Shown: positions 25,858-36,942, counted from the whole stretch's first letter. The stretch: DNA of 63,606 nucleotides, filler included, from Globobulimina sp. (GCA_003354225.1; 45 parts of 45 records of this genome joined end to end with filler, not necessarily neighbours in it); one strand, 5' to 3'. A program made the numbers and translations. The notes: generated from the letters alone by a model not told the origin.

Positions 25858-26466
25858 GAAATGAGTGACTCTGTTTGAAGTTGCAATATGTTTTATAAAT
25901 ATTGTGCTTTTTGGATGGTTGAATGATTGTATTTGTCTCCAAGTTGATAATTTATTGGAAGCATTAACTTTTGCTAATTGTTTATTGCTATTCTCGCCAC
26001 AACCGTATATTTTATTTTTTTGAGTGATTAAAAATCGATGATGAGAGCCTATGCCGTGAGATATCGATTTTATATTAAAATGAGTTATCAATATTGGCGT
26101 CGAGACTTTTGCAAATTGATATTGTAAACAAGTAAAATCATTGATAACATTGATCACATCGTCGTTGATAAATAAATCAATGGATAGCGCATGAAACCAA
26201 TAATCAATTATTATTACAATCACATTTAAGCCTAAACCTAATTGGCCATCTTCATTATTGCCCATTACAATCATTTTGTTATCATTTAATAAGATATAGG
26301 TTGAACCACTGTAACCTGTTTGTATATCTCTGACATGGATTCCAGATTGAATTGCATCGATTTGTGTCAGTTTCTCAACAATATCACCCGTGCCACTGAC
26401 TTGTTGACCGAATGTGTTCCAACCAATGGTCCATATTTGATGACTTTCAGGTTGTTTGTCTGCCAT
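25834..26466 (-). CDS. RCC1-repeat protein, truncated at chimeric junction
   Basis: GWNTFGQ, GNNEDGQLGLG and GCGENSNKQL RCC1 repeats. Confidence 0.8.
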   Translation of the reverse strand: MADKQPESHQIWTIGWNTFGQQVSGTGDIVEKLTQIDAIQSGIHVRDIQTGYSGSTYILLNDNKMIVMGNNEDGQLGLGLNVIVIIIDYWFHALSIDLFINDDVINVINDFTCLQYQFAKVSTPILITHFNIKSISHGIGSHHRFLITQKNKIYGCGENSNKQLAKVNASNKLSTWRQIQSFNHPKSTIFIKHIATSNRVTHFLSNHGNI

Positions 26467-27116
26467 AATGTTTTAAGTAGAAAACACGCAGTTAGTATGG
26501 TGTTAGTTGGTAATTTTAAAAAAATCTCGCATATTCGTAACGGTTATTGCATTACAATAAATATTCGATTTGAGTGTGATGGACCAAAATTAATACAATC
26601 ACTCACCAATGCTCATGCAACACGACTCATAAAAAGCTTATATGATAATATCCATTCAATTGAGAAACAAGAACAGCATGAAATATTACACGAAGCGTTT
26701 ATAATCTATAACCAAGTGAAAGAAACAAAAAACCATTTGATTCTCAATACAATTTTAAAGCTGTTTTTACATTTAAAACAACCAAATAATGTATGTAAAA
26801 TCTGGAAAGATNNNNNNNNNNNNNNNNNNNNNNNNNNNNNNNNNNNNNNNNNNNNTTAATTAATTAANNNNNNNNNNNNNNNNNNNNNNNNNNNNNNNNN
26901 NNNNNNNNNNNGTATACAAAATAATTACAAACACCAGTTGTCACGACAGCGTGATAACTGCAGCGTGTTTCTAATTTGGTTCTAACGCACACGTTTCAAA
27001 TGGGTGTTTTCACCACCTATCAACACTACGTACTACGTTTAAGTTTAAAACTATTTTCCAAACTAAAATAAAGTGGAACAAAGATTACATATTTATGCGT
27101 TATGATGCATTGTATG

Positions 27117-28063
27117 TCATTTTATGCAACATTTTGACCAAAATTCATGAATAATATTGCATACAGTTTCGGGGTCTTCTTGCATAGTTTGGTGACTTAC
27201 GTTTTCTACAATTTGTAGTTGTATCAAACAATTTTGTTCATTTGTTTGATATTTATTCAATTTATCCAGTATACATTGAGCATTTTTTAAAGAAGTAAGT
27301 TTATCATATTCACCATGAATAAGCATTGTATTTATGTTATTATCACAATACGTTTTAAATGTATTTTCTGAACACGGCATAAGTTGTTTATAAAAACTAG
27401 CAAACATAAATGGTTGATTCGTGCCAGCAAACGTTAGTTCTAAATCGTGTATTTCTTTTGAAGTTGAATGGATTGCTTTTTTTCTAAACGCTGCAGATAA
27501 ATATGGTGATAAATATTGCAACACCCAATGTGGCAAAGAAAATATTGATTTGACAACAAAGCCAAGGGAATGACCCAAAAGAAATGGAGGAGCTCCGATT
27601 AAAATGACAGATTTAATTAAATAATTATAATTGGATGAATTTGAAAATTTTGATAATAATTTAACGATACTATCAATATTTCATGCTTTTTATTTGCTAA
27701 TGAAGAGGATTGGGGTAAATATGTCTGAAATAAAGCACAAAGATCAGCAAATATATTCGTATCATGATATGCATGATATTGTTTTGGTTTATCCGAAATG
27801 CCACAGCCAATCCTATCAAATGCAATAATATTACAGGTTAATGCTAAATTTTTAATTAGCTGTTCAAATTGGGACATTCTAGCACATGCACCATGAATAA
27901 AGAATGCATACGGTGCCTTCATATTTTTGTGTGCAATGTGTAATACGGCTAATTTTCTACCAGCTCGAATTTCTGCCATACCAATGTATTGTTTATAAGC
28001 AACATAAAAATCCATCCAATGAGGACTCGTGTCATCCACTTTATGTTCACTCAAAGACGACAT
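27117..28063 (-). pseudogene. Alpha/beta hydrolase (ABHD8-like), frameshifted near 27670
   Basis: FFIHG, FDRIGCGISDKP, LIHGEYDKL, SHQTMQEDP; frame changes exactly where GxSxG is expected. Confidence 0.7.
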
Positions 28064-28327
28064 TAGTAAGCGTTGTTTTACAGTTAAAGATGTCGAAAAT
28101 CTTTCAAAATAATGCAATAATTTATTTTTAATACACAAGTGGTTTGAACAAAGTCAACAAATTATTTTGGATAAAATCAAACAAATCAAAGAGTGTTTGT
28201 CTTTATTTTAGCATCAATTTGTTTATTNNNNNNNNNNNNNNNNNNNNNNNNNNNNNNNNNNNNNNNNNNNNTTAATTAATTAANNNNNNNNNNNNNNNNN
28301 NNNNNNNNNNNNNNNNNNNNNNNNNNN

Positions 28328-28374
28328 TTTGCTTTCCATTCAAACCAATGCTCTGCCAATTGAGCTAGGTGTCC
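28328..28374 (-). repeat. 5' half of tRNA-like repeat (cut by contig edge)
   Basis: GGACACC TA GCTC AATTGGCA GAGC A TTGGT TT GAA; nearly identical to the copy at 36822-36903. Confidence 0.7.
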
Positions 28375-29185
28375 ATTCTTCTTATTTGTAGCATTTTCCA
28401 TGTTTGAAAAAGTAAATCTGGAGAGCCGATTTTTAGATTGCTTTGAATCGGTTTCATATGAATTTAATACTAAATTGGGATAAATTCATTAATGGGAAAC
28501 CGATTTAAAGTTGGCAAACTAAAGCGGAAGTGACATGTAGTTAACTTGAAGAGTTATAGGTCTTAAGAAAAAGTTAGTTGAGTATAGTCTAATGTTACTT
28601 ACGGACAAAGTGCTAAATAGTGCTAATATTTCATATACGTTGGTGTCGCACATTGGAAAGGACTGATAAGTGGTAATAATTATAGTGATACATATTTTCA
28701 ATTCCGAGACAATATATATTATGGTTATGATGGTAATAATATTCCGATGAATGTTGCAAATCGGAATTGTATCCATCACTGCCTTTAAATTTATGGATGA
28801 ACCTGAAAATGTAATAATAGGATATTATGGCACAAAAACGCAAATATCACAGATATCTTTGCAGAAAAACCATAATATCCTATTAATATCCGCGATTTGA
28901 CAGCGTATCCGTTTCCACATCGTATTGTGGATCGAGGTCGGAATTATATGATTCATCAACAGAGCAAACAGAGATTGTTGGAATGGAATCAATGGGATTT
29001 AAAAAGATTGGTATATCGGAGACAGAATGTGCTGCTCAATAATCTGTAATTAATTAAACGTGTTTAATTAATAAGTGCTAGTTTGATATTTATTTTGTCA
29101 TTGGCTTCCATTTCTTTTCTTTACATACCTGGTTGGATCAAACAGTTTTTTCTGTGAGAGTTTGTTGATTGGATATTGCACTCTA

Positions 29186-29295
29186 TCACTGCAGACACAA
29201 CTATTGAGCTAATTTATTGTGGTGAGCGATTAACTCCAAAAGTTGAAGTCCGACCACCACAATGAAAATTAGCTCAATAGTTGTGACTGCAGTGA
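29186..29295. mobile_element. 110-bp palindromic MITE-like element with CACTG...CAGTG termini
   Basis: Arms TCACTGCAG-ACACAACTATTGAGCTAATTT-ATTGTGGT / ACCACAAT-GAAAATTAGCTCAATAGTTGTG-ACTGCAGTGA; second copy at 55478-55591. Confidence 0.8.
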
Positions 29296-29896
29296 AATAA
29301 AATAAAATAAATGAATGAAGGGATAGCGCGCACGCAATCCCAGTTTGTGGCAATAAATTGATCGGATGTCAATGATAAACATCAACACATAAAGGGTGCT
29401 AACGACAGAGTGCTATGTGTCGACCCAATATGAACAGATACGTTGTGAATGATCACGTCTCTACATCCGACAAGTTAAGTAAAGCTAACATAAACACTCT
29501 TTACACGCAGACAAATATCATTTCACTCACTGTCTTCACACATATAGCGGCGGAATACGTACATACTCTGAGAGTTACATTAATTATAATATTGGTTGCA
29601 TGCATTTTAATATATTTATTTATATAATGTACAACTATAATTANNNNNNNNNNNNNNNNNNNNNNNNNNNNNNNNNNNNNNNNNNNNTTAATTAATTAAN
29701 NNNNNNNNNNNNNNNNNNNNNNNNNNNNNNNNNNNNNNNNNNNAAACACAAAGCAGACAACAGATGCGGACAGCAAACCAAATGAATCTAAGTATTTATT
29801 GCTTACATAAATAATTCATTTGGCACAGAACAAAAACAGTTGCAACTCACATTGTTGTGCAGCAATAAAAACTAAAAAATAAAAAATAAATTTATA

Positions 29897-30835
29897 TCAT
29901 ATATATGTATCTAGATCTTCAACATCGATTTCAATGGAAATACTGGTCTCTATCTCTCCAATGCCTTCAACTTGTACAGGATAATATTGACAAGCAGCTC
30001 TATTCCCATTTATACTCTGATAGCTAGCACTTAAATTTCTAATTCTGCCATAACCATGCAATCCACACACAGTCTCATCAAAAGAAACAGAACTTTCTGA
30101 ATTTGGGTTAAATGCTTCAGTTACGACAATATCTTCAAGTGGCTCTATAGCATCATCACTGAACAATATTATTTTAATAAAAACTGTTAATTCAATACCA
30201 TATTCACCACATTTACAATCAAAAAATCTTTTTTTGATTTTTATAGATCCCATTTCAAATACTATTGACATACCATATAATTTATTTAGTATAAAGAAAT
30301 TGGCAGAAATATATTTGCTCATATTTTGTGCGTACGTTTTTTGTAACGGTTTTAATGATTTTTGAGTGAAATACAAAATAACAATCCCAATAAATGTAAT
30401 GATAAAACTTGCGATTATTACGAGTTTTGATGTTAATGGTAGCATATTATAGGTTCCATGCCAAATATAAAATGAATTATCAGTACCAACAGCACTCAAA
30501 AATATCGATACAAACAATAAAAGTAAACAAACAAAAAACGTTGCTATAGAAATACAGAACGGTACACAACACATTACCATAGCACAAATTTTAAGTGCGC
30601 TAATTGAATGATAGGCTGATTTCCATGAGGTATAACCACTATTGTTTCTATGTAATATCATTGCTTGATCTACTGCATCTAACAGTTGATTCCAAATGAT
30701 AATGTTAAATTTGTTTCTAAATTCTTGTTTTAAATCTACATAATCAGGGAATTGAGCTTTACATTGGTTAATATGGATCGTAAATGTTTGGTTGTTGGGA
30801 TCTACAATTCCATTATTGCTAGACGATTGTCCCAT
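29897..30835 (-). CDS. Hypothetical membrane protein
   Basis: 312-aa ORF, MGQSSS myristoylation-like start, two hydrophobic segments. Confidence 0.55.
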   Translation of the reverse strand: MGQSSSNNGIVDPNNQTFTIHINQCKAQFPDYVDLKQEFRNKFNIIIWNQLLDAVDQAMILHRNNSGYTSWKSAYHSISALKICAMVMCCVPFCISIATFFVCLLLLFVSIFLSAVGTDNSFYIWHGTYNMLPLTSKLVIIASFIITFIGIVILYFTQKSLKPLQKTYAQNMSKYISANFFILNKLYGMSIVFEMGSIKIKKRFFDCKCGEYGIELTVFIKIILFSDDAIEPLEDIVVTEAFNPNSESSVSFDETVCGLHGYGRIRNLSASYQSINGNRAACQYYPVQVEGIGEIETSISIEIDVEDLDTYI

Positions 30836-30890
30836 ATTTAGGGGAGGAGTTTAAGTTTTTTTTTTCAATTCCCGTCTTCAGTTCTTTTTT

Positions 30891-30948
30891 GGAAGGAAAA
30901 TAGGTTAATAATAAAATGTTAATGGTTCCCGATAAAACACAACCTTTA
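30891..30948. mobile_element. Solo end of GGAAGGAAAATAGG-TIR MITE
   Basis: Matches the reverse complement of the right end of element 36943-37133 over about 58 bp. Confidence 0.8.
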
Positions 30949-31359
30949 TAATAGATGTAAATAAGTGACTAACTTGTTTTTTTTTTTTTTAATGGCATAA
31001 ACAGTTTTTCGTTCGTCTATTGGATAGGGGGACGACTAACCACATTGCTCACAGATGCCNNNNNNNNNNNNNNNNNNNNNNNNNNNNNNNNNNNNNNNNN
31101 NNNTTAATTAATTAANNNNNNNNNNNNNNNNNNNNNNNNNNNNNNNNNNNNNNNNNNNNTCAAAAAAGAATGTTCTAAGTATTCATTTTCAGAGATTGAG
31201 AAACTATAAAAATATAAGAAAATAATAATTTTCGTACATTCAACAAACAAAAAAAAGCACAAACATAAAGATAAAAAAAAAGAAACGATAAAGATAAATC
31301 AACCAAAAAAACACCAAACAAATCACCATATAAAAATACAAAAAAAGTCAATCCAAACA

Positions 31360-32408
31360 TCAGTTTTCCAATTCCTTCTTACATTTCACCGCAACTGCCA
31401 CCACCAACACTACCATAGACACAACCGCCATAAATATAGCCACCCCAAAGCCAGCGGAATTCGTTCCAGATTCCGCATCCACGGCAGCCACAAACTCGTC
31501 ACCCTCACAAGCGACCACTCTCCAATCACCAATCGCATTGTCACAATACGCGGCAAACGCTGCCGTTTCGCTCGCATAATATCCTCCGCTGCCGTCATAA
31601 TTCACCCATCCGCTGCCATCATAGTCAGGTCCGCAGCTATAAAAAGCACACAATCCACATACAAAAACGCACCAAAAAGCAACAAAAACCTAACTATCCC
31701 CCCTCAGAACAGCACATTCCAGCATCGCAACGAAAGTCTGCCTCGTCGCCACCGCAAGTTACACCCAACTCATTGCCCAAATTAATGGCCAACGCAGCGT
31801 CCAAATAACAAGTATCAGGCTCCGTGTCTCCATTACTAATCTCCTCACCGTTGGCCGCTTCATCTGTGCCATACTCTGTCTTCAAATCACCAAAGATCGA
31901 CGTCCAATGCGTGCGGTCATCCACGCGAAGGCAGCCATAGCCACTGTCCCATTTGTCGATGAATGAGCTCTGGAAATTGAGGCTGATTGGGTTGGAGTTG
32001 CCGCCTCCGGCTCCAAGCACTTGTATGTCTGCGCAGTTCATGTAAATCTCGCAAGCGCCACTTTCGACGGGCACCCACGTGAAGGCAAAGGTGCATTTGG
32101 TGGCACATTGCGTCGGCATGGTGGCGGGTAAGATGACGGAGGTTGGCAAGATGGTGCAATCCTTGATGTCGATGATTTTGGTGAAGGTGATGTCGTCGGT
32201 TGAATACCAGAAACTGCAATGTCCGCCGCCGTGCGGGGCAGCGCCGTATATGTTAATATCGATGGTATCGCCAGCGGAGAAGCTGTTGCCTTCGCGTACG
32301 GTGGAGTCGGCGGCGAGGCCGTGGCAGATGGCGGGATGGGCTGTTACCATTGGTTCGTTGGCCTCCCATTTGTAATATGCGCCATTGTTGTCGCGAGGGT
32401 ATGGGTAT
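31360..32408 (-). CDS. LPMO-like (AA11-related) domain + hevein-like chitin-binding domain + C-terminal TM anchor; intron 31637-31694; first exon missing
   Basis: YPYPR...CHG; APHGGGHCSFWYS; CTFAFTW...EIYMNCADI; TCGG....RC..GMCCSEGGY|CG; hydrophobic tail. Confidence 0.7.
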
Positions 32409-32575
32409 CTGCGATTAAGGCGTTTTATGTGTTAGTTGCTAGTGTGTATATAGATCAAGTTGTGATGGGGTAAAGNNNNNNNNNNNNNNNNNNNNNNNNN
32501 NNNNNNNNNNNNNNNNNNNTTAATTAATTAANNNNNNNNNNNNNNNNNNNNNNNNNNNNNNNNNNNNNNNNNNNN

Positions 32576-33214
32576 GATCATGCCATCAAAATTTGGCAAT
32601 TGAATGACATAAAAGCACGCATTCAGCAATCGTATGACATACCAAAAAACCACGAAAATGTGAATCAAAGGAAAAATGCTCAAAATTGCACGAAAATCAT
32701 TCAATTTCCAGTGTATTCGAGACAGAAAATACACACAAAGTTCATGGATCATATTTGTTGGTATAATAATTTAATATTTAGTAAGTCCACGGAATCATTG
32801 ATTAAAATTTGGATGCCGCCCATTGATGATTTTGAAAAATCAATCAAAACCATTGGTGAGTTGAGATATAAAAATGGAGAAAGTTATTTTATGCGATTTG
32901 ATATTGACTATATTCATAATTTAATCGCTATGGGGGACAGTAAAGGCAATATATATATATTTGAATTGGATAAATATTTTAGTTTGAATGCAAACGAGCT
33001 CAATGACAAAAAGGAAAAGGAGGAGAATGAGAATAAGTATGAGAGTGATGATAAGCATTGGCATACTTTGTTGAAACCCAAATTTGTATCTAGATATAAA
33101 CCAATTATATTGGATTTGCCTGAGTGCAATGCCCCAATCCGAGGGATAAAGTTTAATCGATTGGGTGATTTGGTTGCAGTCTCTGATAATGGCACTATTT
33201 ATCGGCTTTTCTAA
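32576..33214 (+). CDS. Polycomb EED/ESC/FIE-like WD40 protein, C-terminal part
   Basis: DHAIKIW, QFPVYS..IH..FMD.I.W..LIFSKSTE..I.IW, YFMRF, IAMGDSKGNIYIFEL, VAVSDNGTIYR. Confidence 0.8.
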   Translation, partial: DHAIKIWQLNDIKARIQQSYDIPKNHENVNQRKNAQNCTKIIQFPVYSRQKIHTKFMDHICWYNNLIFSKSTESLIKIWMPPIDDFEKSIKTIGELRYKNGESYFMRFDIDYIHNLIAMGDSKGNIYIFELDKYFSLNANELNDKKEKEENENKYESDDKHWHTLLKPKFVSRYKPIILDLPECNAPIRGIKFNRLGDLVAVSDNGTIYRLF

Positions 33215-33450
33215 CCAATGCGACGTCGCGAAATCAGAAAAGCAGCTAATTTTGTGAATTGCGGCACGGCAGAGAGCATCAGTAAGTCATGCCTTAGTGT
33301 CCAACTCGAAACTCTGAACAGGATCGAAATGGCGTCCAGTCTTCCTGTCTGTAACCAGTTGCATTGACGAATTGCCAGCCTGGATTTACTTTTCAGATTG
33401 TAACAATACACAAGCACTCCCTGTATTCCAATCAAGAAGGAAGTTCAGCC

Positions 33451-33849
33451 ATGACCCAAATCCATGAAGGTGGTTGTTTGTGCGGTGCGTTGCGTTATTC
33501 GCTCCACGGCAAACCCGAATGGGCGGCGCACTGCCATTGCCGATCCTGCCAGAAAGCAACCGGCGGCTCATTTACCACCTGGATGGGCTACAAAACGAAA
33601 AATTTTGAAATAACAAAAGGACAGCTTGCCAAATGCAGCACCTCTGCTGGTGTTGAACGCGGCTTCTGTGACCAGTGTGGTTCATCCCTGACCTATGCAG
33701 CGGAGGAGCGTTGGCCCGGACAGATTCATATTCTGGCTCCAACGCTGGATAATCCCGCAATCGCAAAACCCAAAGCCCATGTGAATGTCGAACATCAACT
33801 CCCCTGGGTGAAGCTTGACGATGGCCTGCCCAGACGTGAACAAACCTGA
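33451..33849 (+). CDS. Bacterial GFA (Mss4-like, CENP-V/GFA) family protein
   Basis: HEGGCLCGALRY, HCHCRSCQKATG, RGFCDQCGSSL, LPWVKLDDGLP; upstream AGAAGG RBS-like; GC clearly higher than the left of the contig. Confidence 0.9.
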   Translation: MTQIHEGGCLCGALRYSLHGKPEWAAHCHCRSCQKATGGSFTTWMGYKTKNFEITKGQLAKCSTSAGVERGFCDQCGSSLTYAAEERWPGQIHILAPTLDNPAIAKPKAHVNVEHQLPWVKLDDGLPRREQT

Positions 33850-34346
33850 CGAAGTTGGTGAAACACCGGCCTCTACTCCAGGATCACTGATNNNNNNNNN
33901 NNNNNNNNNNNNNNNNNNNNNNNNNNNNNNNNNNNTTAATTAATTAANNNNNNNNNNNNNNNNNNNNNNNNNNNNNNNNNNNNNNNNNNNNGTCCTTTTT
34001 TATTTTGGTTTTTTGCATGTTTTTATTATTAATTCAAATACTATAAATACTAAAATATTTGCTGGATCCATCAAATTACACTTTATTGATCAAATTACAG
34101 TTTATTGAAAATTTGTAGAATTGAGTATAAATATATGAAAAATATGGTGCTGTGTGTCTCAATGAACATGAATTGGAGAATAAGAATGAAATAGTAAATG
34201 ATTTCCACAGATTTACCATTCACTGTACATCTACGAGCTCCATATTTTCTCCATGCATTTTTACCTTTAATTTGCCTGACGTTTTCCATTGAATATTAAT
34301 AAAATATTTGGGTCATATTGGTCATATTTTATTTTGGTCATATTTG

Positions 34347-34536
34347 GAGCCTACACAAGTTAAATAGTCACCTAAATAGTTGCATATGTTTCCTAAATAG
34401 TTGCCTAAATAGTCACAATTTTCCGTTTCTGTATTGAAATAGTCACTAAATAGTTGCATATTTTCGTTTTTGTCACTAAATAGTCACAAATAGTCACTAA
34501 ATAGTCACATAGTGACTAATTAACTTGTGTAGGCTC
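34347..34536. mobile_element. 190-bp MITE-like element, 25-bp TIR, internal TAAATAGTCAC/TAAATAGTTGC repeats
   Basis: GAGCCTACACAAGTTAAATAGTCAC ... GTGACTAATTAACTTGTGTAGGCTC (1 mismatch). Confidence 0.8.
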
Positions 34537-34660
34537 TTTTCATGCTCATTTTTATATTTTTGAATGAAAATATATAAGAATTTTTTCCCTATTAAATCCT
34601 GTTCACCTAATATAAGTAAATCCTATTAGGTTTTCCCTGAACGTTATCCAAACCAAAACT

Positions 34661-35306
34661 ATGGGCAATTTTTTACAATCACAACAGATATCGATGCCAG
34701 AAAACAAACAGCTTTTGCGTTCATTATTATGTGCCACTAGTTTATATGTGCTACTAGTTTATAATACATGTCATATCTATAATATTAGGTTACGTGATAT
34801 TGTATTAATATCAGTAGCCGCCATAGGTGTGACGTTCAGCGTTTTTATATATTATAAACAAAGAAATAATGGTAATATTATTCAGCTGCAGGTAAACGCA
34901 AATGGTAATAATTATAAGTTAATGTTTAATCACTTCGATGTTGAGTCTAAATATATTGAATCAACAATTAATACTTATAATACATTGAACGCGTTATTAT
35001 TGGAGACATTGAGTGAGCTATATTTGGTAAAATTAATTGCCGAATACGCGGCCACGCTTTCTGTAAAATGTAGTCAATGCGACGATACGTTCGGATTTAT
35101 TGAATGTTTTCTAGATTATGAAGAATATAATGGGTCGTTAATGGTATGTGATGAGGATGGTAATATTCGATATTATTTGAATGTAGAACAATGGCGATGG
35201 TTCGTGTCAAAACCAGAAGATATTTTCGGCGAATGTTATGCTGACACAGATACAATGTCTGTTTTATGTATTCCGTGTGGAGTGCAATGGAAATGTGAAA
35301 TATGTG
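34661..35306 (+). CDS. Hypothetical membrane protein with CxxC motifs, 3'-partial
   Basis: Open frame to the contig edge; two TM segments; CSQC, CIPC, CEIC. Confidence 0.45.
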
Positions 35307-35921
35307 NNNNNNNNNNNNNNNNNNNNNNNNNNNNNNNNNNNNNNNNNNNNTTAATTAATTAANNNNNNNNNNNNNNNNNNNNNNNNNNNNNNNNNNNNNN
35401 NNNNNNGGTCTCGAATACTTAATGTATCATTCCACTGGCAATGAGATCCAACTCGGGCTACTCGGCACCTGTTATTTAACACAAATAACAGCCGATACTA
35501 TTAAGCCCCCAAAAGGTTATGCTGACCCACGCCAAACTTTAGCAAGAAAGTTTCCAAGTCAGCAAAACCGTGAAAGGATAGAATATAAAGGATAAAATAT
35601 AAAAAACACCGAACAAACCGTTGTTTTCTTCCTTCTTTTAGTCTTATTCTTCCCATTATTACTACCATGCATATCCTCCGACTACGAGCTCTTTTACCAA
35701 CACTTTCTGCCAGCATTCATGCGCTGATTCCCTATATCGTCAATGCTGCTATCGTAAGCATCATAACTCTATTTCATTCGAAGATAGCTTGTGGTGGTAG
35801 TGTTCTTGTGGAAAGTGTTTTCTGGTTATGCTCTGTGGAGGTAAAGCGAAAAATACGCGAAAACTTCAAGTTCACTGAGGTTTTAGTCGTATTTTGTTAT
35901 ATATATGGTATTTATGCGAAG

Positions 35922-36691
35922 TTACGTATACAGCAAATATCTGAACAATCCATCATCTTTGAAAGACACTTGATTCACTTTAAATACTCGTCTTTCTTTT
36001 GAAGGGCAAATACTAGCACAAAATGCCATGTCTCCTATGTCTGCCACGGCTAAACCAATTGGAAATCCTTTCATGTTTATGAAGCAGTTCCCAATCAATG
36101 CCAACGATGTTCCACATTCATATTCAGGAATAGCAATACACGGCTCTCCATTTTTTGAACCACAATCTGTGAATTTACAATTCAAAATCACAATTTTTCT
36201 TTCAAAATCGCAATTACTTTGTCCCTCAATATTAATTGCTTGATAATCACTTTGACCCTCAAAAATACAATTTGCTGCGCACAAATTCCCATTTTCCTCA
36301 ACTACGATACCGTAAAAATAATTTTGTATCACACATTTCTCGATCCATAAAGCTGAATCATTCCGCACTGCAATACCATTACAGTTCGTCATATCTAATG
36401 TCAGATTTTTCAAATATAATTTACACGAGACACTGTGCAAAACGATTGAATATCTTTAATGAATGCATTATGAGCAAGCGTATATGTTCCAGCATGCATC
36501 AACATGGTATCACCGGACATAGATTTATTTATTGCATCAGCTAAAGAACTCGTTGTATCGGCATCAATAGTCCAGGTTTGGTTATTTTCTGTTATCTTTA
36601 GGTCTGTTGCGATTTCTAACTCTCTCTCTCTTAGTTTGATGTCTTCATTCTTTGTAAAACATCGTTTAAATGTCTTGCTCACTGATGTCAT
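35922..36691 (-). pseudogene. Beta-helix protein (same family as 24187-25278) with frameshifting deletion near 36430-36445
   Basis: SLADAI...GDTMLMHAGTY...KDIQ then frame change to CKLYLKNL; roughly 15-20 aa shorter here than the paralog. Confidence 0.6.
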
Positions 36692-36821
36692 GGGAAGCGA
36701 ATGATTCTATTTCCTGAATAANNNNNNNNNNNNNNNNNNNNNNNNNNNNNNNNNNNNNNNNNNNNTTAATTAATTAANNNNNNNNNNNNNNNNNNNNNNN
36801 NNNNNNNNNNNNNNNNNNNNN

Positions 36822-36903
36822 ATCTCACCGTAGGATTCGAACCTACATCCATTTGGTTTGTGATCCATTCAAACCAATGCTCTGCCAATTGAGCTAGGTG
36901 CCC
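36822..36903 (-). tRNA. tRNA-like sequence (best read as Phe-GAA with short intron-like insert); probably pseudo-tRNA or tRNA-derived repeat
   Basis: D-arm GCTC/GAGC, anticodon stem TTGGT/ACCAA, T-arm GTAGG-TTCGAAT-CCTAC; acceptor stem pairs only CACC/GGTG. Confidence 0.65.
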
Positions 36904-36942
36904 ATTTTTCTTATTTCTTGCATTTACCGCTTAGGCGATTTT

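Noticed and set aside
26320-26859. 179-aa ORF overlapping the RCC1 gene start
   Set aside because: 5' part is antisense shadow; only the 3' part (possibly PPR-like) may be coding, and it is too short to call
29218-29262. Core of the palindromic element as a tRNA (anticodon-like loop)
   Set aside because: No T-arm (TTCRA) or proper D-arm; embedded in long TIR arms
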